Shown one piece after another: positions 56,150 through 64,000 of a stretch of 64,000 nt of DNA. The notes beneath the pieces are model-generated. The model searched no databases. It was not told where the DNA came from and saw nothing but the letters and a program-made list of their open reading frames with translations. This DNA is from Octopus vulgaris (lineage: Eukaryota). The translations under genes were made by a program, and so were the position numbers. How positions within the stretch are numbered: position 1 is the first letter of the stretch; the number at the start of each line of letters is the position of its first letter. The stretch lies in contig OX597823.1 in assembly GCA_951406725.2 (NCBI GenBank), forward strand, positions 53,630,001-53,694,000. The letters run 5' to 3'.

Positions 56150-56520
56150 GGCCTGTTATTATAGCATATGGCTTTTCATCGCTAATCACTCATTACTTGT
56201 CACTCATCACTCATCATCCTTTTGTCATAGCAGCCACAAGGTTCATTTCCTTCCATTGTTTACCTTAGTCTTCCTTTACTTCCACTGTCAGCATGCATAA
56301 TAAGACACTTTTTCCACTGAAAACTCAACATTCATTTGCAACACATGTCCATAATACCACAATAGACTCAAATCAGCCCCAGGCCTTTTAATATCCAGCC
56401 ACTTTCTCTGCTCAATTGTGCTCCATCTTTCATACAATATTTAACATTATATATCAAATATATCATACTCAACTCATTTCTGACCAGCTTCTGCAAACTA
56501 ATATTTGGCTTAATGCCACT
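56150..56520 (-). mobile_element. Old RTE-like LINE 3' remnant
   Basis: The minus strand gives a degenerate SLLWYYGHV, resembling the RLRWYGHV motif; otherwise decayed. Confidence 0.35.
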
Positions 56521-58543
56521 ACCTAAGCTTGGATGTCTTTTGCAGAGTCCACTCTGTTGCAGGCATTCTTGCCAGGGTCTCCGGTTTAAGGATAACTTTC
56601 TTCCTTCCTCCCACCAGTTTTAGAGGGCCTAAAAAAAATCCAAAGTATCAAAGGCACAGACCATCCCTCTCTGACTAAACAATTAAAAATGCCCTCTGAA
56701 TTCCATGTCCCTCTCTTACTTATCATGTCACATCTTACCCCCTACATGTGTTTCAAATAGCCTGCCCTTCACAAAGAGCATTAACAATTCCCTAAATCCT
56801 TTTCTAACTCCAGGTTTTGCTATAACCACCACTAGCACTGATTAGGCAGACTAATTAGTTCTCTTTGGAAGCACATTTAATGAACTGTCAGAGCAGTGCA
56901 TGAACTTCTCTTTGTGGTTAACTCTAATGCTTACGACTTGTGTTACTATATCAAAAATCAAAAGTCTGCCAGAGATCCCGTTCCATCTGCTCCTTTCCTG
57001 CATATTCAGCAAGGCCAATAAAATTAAATGCATATTCTACTCTAGTAGTATAAAGAATAATCTTATGGTAAAACACCAAGTCCACAAACCAATTTAACTT
57101 GAGCTAACGAGGCAGCAGCCCTTTGTATATAGTCACCCAACCTGCTAGAAAAAAGCAGCCAAATCTCCCTAAATTTTAAAGAAAATGTGGGACACATTGG
57201 ATAATGTAATTTAAAATGGACTATATTTGGAAAAACAGGATGATTATTGCTGGAATGTCATGATCGTAGGTCTGTTCAACCAGGCTTAATTTGGGGCTAT
57301 ACTACAACAACCAATTTCAATTGTCATTTAAAAACATTTCACCTGACTCATGTTGCACTAATGCCCTAGCAGGGAAATGTATGAACAACTCCCTGTGTTT
57401 TGTCCCTGTTTCTATATTTCACAGATATGTACAGACCTTATGTGTATCCAAAAGACATCCGTACCTTCTACTACAGTGATAATTATTAAACATTTCTTTA
57501 AACATTATATTTAATATTACTTAGATATTTTGTTAATTTTTTTTTTTTTTTTGGTCATTTTCCTTTCAAATTCCCAGAATTTTCATGTTCCCATCAATAT
57601 TGTTCATTTTCACATCCGCATCAATATTGTTAATGTTAATAGAATAAAGTTTTCTTCTTTTCTTTTAATGATGGCATAAATTTTGGTGTGTTTTCTTGCT
57701 GGTTCTCTCACTTGACAAAAGTGGCAACATTTTGTATATTCTTGTGTAAACATGCAATCATCCACAGATGGAACATAGAATGCTGGTTGTGAGGTTCATT
57801 TATTATATTTAGAAAGTAACTTTTCTTACCATCATTGTTACCTGTAATTTTTGAATTTCAATAAATATGAAAATTCAAATGGTAAATCCAAGACTTGTAG
57901 AGTGATGTAGGGATAGTAAAGATGGCAATGTCTGATAGAGCTTCAGATTAAATACTGTATTTAATCTTAATCTTTATTATATTATATTGTCTTAAGGTAG
58001 AGAGCTGGCATTGGTAAAAAAACTTCTTGGTGACATTTCTTCTGCCTCTTTAAATTCTGAGTTCAAATCCCACTGCAGTCAACTTTGCTTTCCATCCTTT
58101 CAGGTCAATAAAATAAGTACAAATGAAGTACTGGGAGGAGGATGGGATGTAATTAACTCACCCTGCTCTCCTCAGATTTACTGGCCTTATGCCAAAATTA
58201 GAGAGAATTATATGATACTGTCTTCAAATCTCAATTTCGGCTTTCATCAGTTGGGAGTATCTAAAAGAAAATTACCACTAATATACAATGATCTAAACAA
58301 TAGACTAGATTCCTTCTCTATGAAGATTTACCTCTTTGCCCATTTAGGAAAATCATTTGCATTTAGTTGAAATAACTGAGATGTGTTGTGTTCTAAACTA
58401 AACACATTACAACTGTAAATGTCATTCACAAATTTGTGTTCATATAACACCATGGTTTACAGGGGTCAAGTTGAATTTTATACTAAATTAAGAAAAATTC
58501 TAACCATTTTGAAATTTTATAATTTTATAAATTTTTTTAATCA

Positions 58544-58715
58544 AGGTGCAGGCATGGCTGTGTGGTAAGAAACTTGCTTCTCAACCACTTGGTTCTGGGT
58601 TCAGTCCCACAACATAGAACCTTGGGCAAGTGTCTTCTACTATAGCCTCAGACTGACAAAGCCTTGTAACTGGATTTAGTAGACGGAAACTGAAAGCCTG
58701 TCATATGTATATTTA

Positions 58716-58760
<45 letters not shown>

Positions 58761-58985
58761 GTTTTGTGTCTGTGCTTGTCTTCCTCTACCACTTGATGGC
58801 CAGTGTTGGTGTGTGTACGGCTCCATAACATAGCAGTTTGGCAAAAATGACCAATAGAATATGTATTAGCCTTTAAAAAAAATAAGTACTGTGGTTGATT
58901 TGTTTGAATAAAATTCTTCAAGGTGGTGCTCCAGCATTGCCACAGTCTGATGACTAAAACAAGAAAAGGATAAAAGGTGAAAAAG
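58544..58985 (+). mobile_element. Family-1 SINE
   Basis: aggtgcaggcatggctgtgtggtaag...cttgggcaagtgtcttct...(TA)n...ggtgctccagca tail. Confidence 0.82.
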
Positions 58986-59529
58986 ATGGAAAGGCAAAGC
59001 TCATCGCATACTTGTGCAGATAACATCCATTTTAAATTAAAGCATGTTTTGATTAGATACTAAGAAGAAAAAAAAAATCTACCAGAAAAGTGCCAGATCT
59101 TCATGGTGATGAGTGGATGAAGTAATGAGCAAAATGTAATTGATTTGTGTGAGGGTTCAAAACATTTATAAGAGATAAAAACAAAGTCTTTTGCATATTT
59201 TCTCATTTTCCCAACTCAGTTAAGTTATTTCACATTACAAGACATTGAAGATATCTTTATGGCTGGATCACCAGACTCCTGAAATATAAAACTGTATGGT
59301 CAAACAATGTTTTATAATTGACTAAATAGTTTATGGTTGTTTGCTTATTAACTCACTTCTGTAGTCTCAGAAATCTGTAAAACAAAATAGCCATAACAAT
59401 ACAAGCATCTCAAATACTCGACAAGTAATAGCATTCGAGGGGTCAATCATGTTTGGTTGTTGGTTTCCACAAACTCAGAATATTCAGATTAGTGTTTAGT
59501 TATATTAATATTTCTTGTAAAGCATGAAG

Positions 59530-59960
59530 CAGCAAGCTGGCAAAATGCCAAACTCTATGTCATCCATTTTTATGTTCTGATTTCAAATTCCACTGGGGAT
59601 GACTCTGCCTTTCATCCGTTCACGATCGAAAAAAACAAGTACCAGTTGAGCACTAGGATTGATTTAATTAACTGAGCTTCTCCCTCCAAAACTGCTGGCT
59701 TTGTGCCAAAATTTGAAACCAATATTATTTGTAAAGCATAGGGCAGTGAACTAGCAAAATTGTTTACACACCCATCAAAATGCTCAGCGGCATTTCATCT
59801 GTCTTTACGTTCTGAGTTCAAATTCCACCAAGGTCGACTTTGCCTTTCATCCTTTTGGGGTCAACAACATAGGTACCTGTTGAACACTGGGGGGTGATGT
59901 AATTGATTTACCCCCTCCCCCGAAATGGCTGGCCTTGTGCCAAAATTTGAAACTAATATT
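59530..59960 (+). mobile_element. Two tandem family-2 SINE copies (further copies near 5780, 41400 on minus, 53345, 57995, 62395)
   Basis: Same core motif. Confidence 0.75.
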
Positions 59961-61662
59961 GCTTGTAAAGCTTGGAAGTATATCTGGTTTAAATCATTAG
60001 TAGCATATCTTTTATCCTTATATTACTTTTAACTGACTTGTCATGGCTAAGCCTGGACCCTGCCATCAACTGACCATTACTTATCCCTGGGTATATTTGA
60101 ATCACCAAGGTTTTAGAAATTGTTGAGAGCTTTTGTTGAAAAAACAAAAATCATCATTGGTATTAACTGTTTGATAAACACTTACCTGAGATTGATCTTG
60201 GTTCTTTCATTTTAAAATGGTTCATTTTAAAATGTTTATGAATATGAAATTTCCGATGTAACTATATGCATGAACATTTTCATATGTTCTGAATACCATT
60301 TGGTTATAGAAATATATATAGAAGTTAATTATTTGACTAAATCCCTCCAATTTCTTGGTAATTTTCAAAATGAATGAAAACAGCACAAGTAGGATATTTC
60401 ATTAGAAAATGAAATAATTCATTAGAAAATTATGTCATTTTGGGAGGACCTTAGCTGATTCGCATCTTCAAGATCTGCTGCAAATGCTACAAATATATCC
60501 TGGAATGATAGATGTACATCAAATTGCGTGTTTTATTTATTTTCTCAGACAGATTGCCCAGACTTTCAGAATGAAATATTTTATTTAGAGAGCTGATAAG
60601 CAAAATGAGATGTGATATATCATTCAAGAAGAATAGCCAATCTGACTAATATACAATTAATGAATTGTTCTCAGAATCTTCATCAGTATGAGCCATTTCC
60701 AATGCACTTGGCTCATTACCAAAACATATGGTTTGTGCTGTGGATGAAGAATAGGTCAGATTTTGAAAACAATAAAAACAGATAAGCAAGATTAAAATAT
60801 AAGTAGCAAAAGAATTCTTTAATCTAGCAAAAGTGGAAAATAAAAATATATAATTAGATATTTTTAGGAAATGTGTACAATATTTCTAAGTTATAAAACA
60901 AAACTTTAACCAAATTCACATACAGATGACCACACAATAATCTACTAACAGGTTAGCACAAAAGCCAAGATACAATCTACATAGCTTGTTGTAGTTGTTG
61001 TTAATGGCGGTGACAGTGTTGTTGTTGTTAAGTAACCTCGTGTTGCTCAGCCAGAACAGAACTACAGGAAAGAAAAACCCAATAGAATAAATTTCCCAGT
61101 CAGCTTTCTACATGTGGTCATCCTGCTTTTAGTGCGGCTCTAATGTCAGGTGACTCAAAACAAGTGCTTCTCTTGTTAACCTGCATGTTGTAAATATCAA
61201 CATTTACAATAAATATCTGTTTAAAATTGTGAAGATACAACTATCCACAATAGCTTTTGTAATAACATGATGACCTCGTGGTTAACTTCCTGCTGAAGAT
61301 TTCAAGAAACTAACATAGCAATCACTGTGATTCTTCCTTGAGTATTCTTGAAGAATGATGAATTGCTGGTGCAATGGAAATAACAGTATCACAATGCACA
61401 CAAACAGTAATCAAACTGTTATTACTTTATAAAATGATAAGAAAAGATTTTCTACTAATTTAACAGTTAAAATTTCTGTCATTTAAAAAATTTTTTATTT
61501 GATATAGAGGAGTCTCTGCTTATGGCCTGTGGAGTCTCTCCTTGGCTACAAGTCAACAGCTGTAGGAAAAGTGTAAAAAGGGAACAACTTCCAGAGGGAT
61601 AAGGCTCAGGGGAGGATGTTAATGCATTACACAAAAGCAAAAATATATATTATTGTGTTAGT

Positions 61663-62015
61663 GAAGGTGCATGGCTTAGTGGTTAGAGCATCAGGATCAC
61701 AACCATGAGGTAGTGAGTTCGATTTCTGGGCCGAGCTGTGTGTTGTGTTCTTGAGCAAGGCACCTTATTTCACGTTGCTCCAGTTCACTCAGCTGTAGAA
61801 ATGAGTTGCAACATCACAGGTGCCAAGCTGTATTGGCCTTTGCCTTTCCCTCGGATAACATTGGTGGCATGGAGAGGGGAGGCTGATATACATAGCTGAC
61901 TACTGGCCTTACACAAACACCCTTGCCCAGACTTGTGTCTTGGAGGGGAATTTTCTAGGTGCAATCCCATGGTCATTCATGACTGAAGGAGGCCTTCACC
62001 CTTTACCCTTACCCT
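61663..62015 (+). mobile_element. tRNA-derived SINE (family 4)
   Basis: A-box tggcttagtgg, B-box gagttcgattt, central tgtgttcttgagcaaggcac..ctccagttcactcagctgtagaaatg, (tttaccc)n-like tail. Confidence 0.7.
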
Positions 62016-63679
62016 TTACTACATTCAATAATATACTAAATGTTTCACCCTATGTGCCGAGTTCAATTTACTACAGGGCTAGATGAATAAGTAATAAACC
62101 AGTATTACAACTAAATGTTATTCAACTATCTATCTTCTCACCCACACACAGACTGTTCTTATACTTCTTTAATAGAATCTGGTACACTGAAAGAAAAAAA
62201 TTGCTGTAGCTGTTATCCCATAATCATTCTGATTATGGGATGGCTTGAATTTGTCCTCAGAAAATCAAGCAAACCAAAGTAGAAGAGATATTAAGAACAA
62301 CATCTTTTTATTGATATCCACATTACCAATCTTATCTTTATTTCACATTTATTTTTCAGTATTAACTTTAATTAATTTTATTTCATTTTAATGTAAGGTG
62401 GTGAAAGGTAGAATCAGTAGAAGTCCTGGAAAAAATACCTTGTAGTATAGAGCTACATATCTTTAGATTCTGAGTCCAAATTCTTCCTCTTTTGATTTTA
62501 TTATTTATTTTTGTTTTTGTTTTTTGTTTTTGTTTTTGTTTTTGTGTTTTTCAATCTTCCAAAGTCAATAAAATTACATATCATTCATACTCTAAGGGTG
62601 AAGTTAATTTAATCAATTCCCCCAAACACAAAAATTTCATGGCCTAGCACCTTATGTAAGAAATCCTTATTTAATTTCATTAATACATGGATTTTTATTT
62701 ATTAGGCCCCATCCATCAAAACACACACACACACACATATATACACATACGTACTTCTATTTAATATCTTTAAATTCTATACTTCTCAAAATGATCAATT
62801 CTGTTTTGTATTTTAGAATTTGTTTGGTCTCATTTATTAGTTCTTTTGGTGAGACAACAACACGGGGAAGGGTGAGAAAATTCTTCAAACAAACACCAAG
62901 TCATTATAAAGAGTAAAAGGTTTTGTTTTTTTTTTTTTGTTTTTTTTTTTATTTACCTCTGCGGTGTGTTGATTGTCACAACTCTATGTACCGGTGATAT
63001 GTAAAGTTTGATATGAGATCATAACTTTCACTGGCTATTAGCCACACCCATTGGTTGTTTATTAAAGACTATGAAGCTCACAATAAATAAGGACTTGTCA
63101 CTGACCATTATTATTCTCAATTATTTATTAGCGCTGCTCATCTATACACCAGATCGTTTAGACAGATCACCAGCATAAAACGATAACAATGATTGAAATA
63201 ATGATAATACGTGCTGGAAGTGGGTTGGGCGAATAAAGAATGGGGGTGGTATTCTTCTCTGCCACCCATTCACCCCCCCCCTACCTGACAAAACAAAACA
63301 AGAGAAAACAACAATGAAAGAAACAAAAATGGAAAAGCATAAAAAAGAAAAGAAAAAAAAAACGAATCTCGTTTTCATCTCTCTTATTTCTTTCATTCCC
63401 TCAAAGACTTTTTAAACCATTCTTTCATTGTAGTTCTTCATCAACAATATACTTTCTGTTAATATTATTTATAAACTAAATTCTGTTACAAACAAACATA
63501 CGAAGAAAAAGAAAAAAAAGCAAAGGAAGTACATACTATTTTGTCCCCTCACCCCATTTTTTTTTTCCATCTTTTACCCCACTTCCATACATTATTTTCA
63601 ATTCCATTTGCATGCTATATGTGTCATCTTCAAAATTTTGAACGAGACTAGATTTGTCAAAAATATACATGCATACATT

Positions 63680-63749
<70 letters not shown>

Positions 63750-63869
63750 ATATATATATGTGTATATGTGTGTGTTTGTATGTATGTGCATGTTTGTATG
63801 TATGTATATAGGTATGCATATTTCATATTTTCATATATATATATATATACATATATATATGTATGTATG

Positions 63870-63909
<40 letters not shown>

Positions 63910-64000
63910 ATATACATATACAAATATATATATGTGTATATAAAATATGTATATGTATGTACATATACAATTCATTTATATCTATGTAAGTGTATATATA

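Overview
AT-rich, microsatellite-saturated eukaryotic DNA. The repeat landscape (tRNA-head SINEs with nested (TA)n, an RTE LINE, a mariner remnant) looks like a coleoid cephalopod, probably Octopus; this is inferred, not shown. The only clear host gene is a + strand hunchback (hb) orthologue with three coding exons (24459-25945, 44860-45089, 46950-49901). They splice in frame to about 1539 aa from ATG 24508 and encode 9 C2H2 fingers (2+4+1+2), a long His/Arg/acidic periodic repeat at the N-terminus and a polyQ/P tract. The 18.9-kb intron holds a 5'-truncated but uninterrupted RTE reverse-transcriptase ORF, a deleted mariner, SINEs and inverted repeats. Most ORFs in the supplied track are microsatellite artefacts. 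The most unusual items are: (1) a small element combining a tRNA-like Pol III head, a minimal hammerhead ribozyme and an inverted terminal duplication (20371-20674), a candidate Penelope-mobilised ribozyme SINE; (2) five (TA)n-associated fold-back hairpins; (3) a cryptic acceptor that would fuse Hb in frame to the RT; (4) the 8/6/8-periodic LRHxDD domain of Hb.
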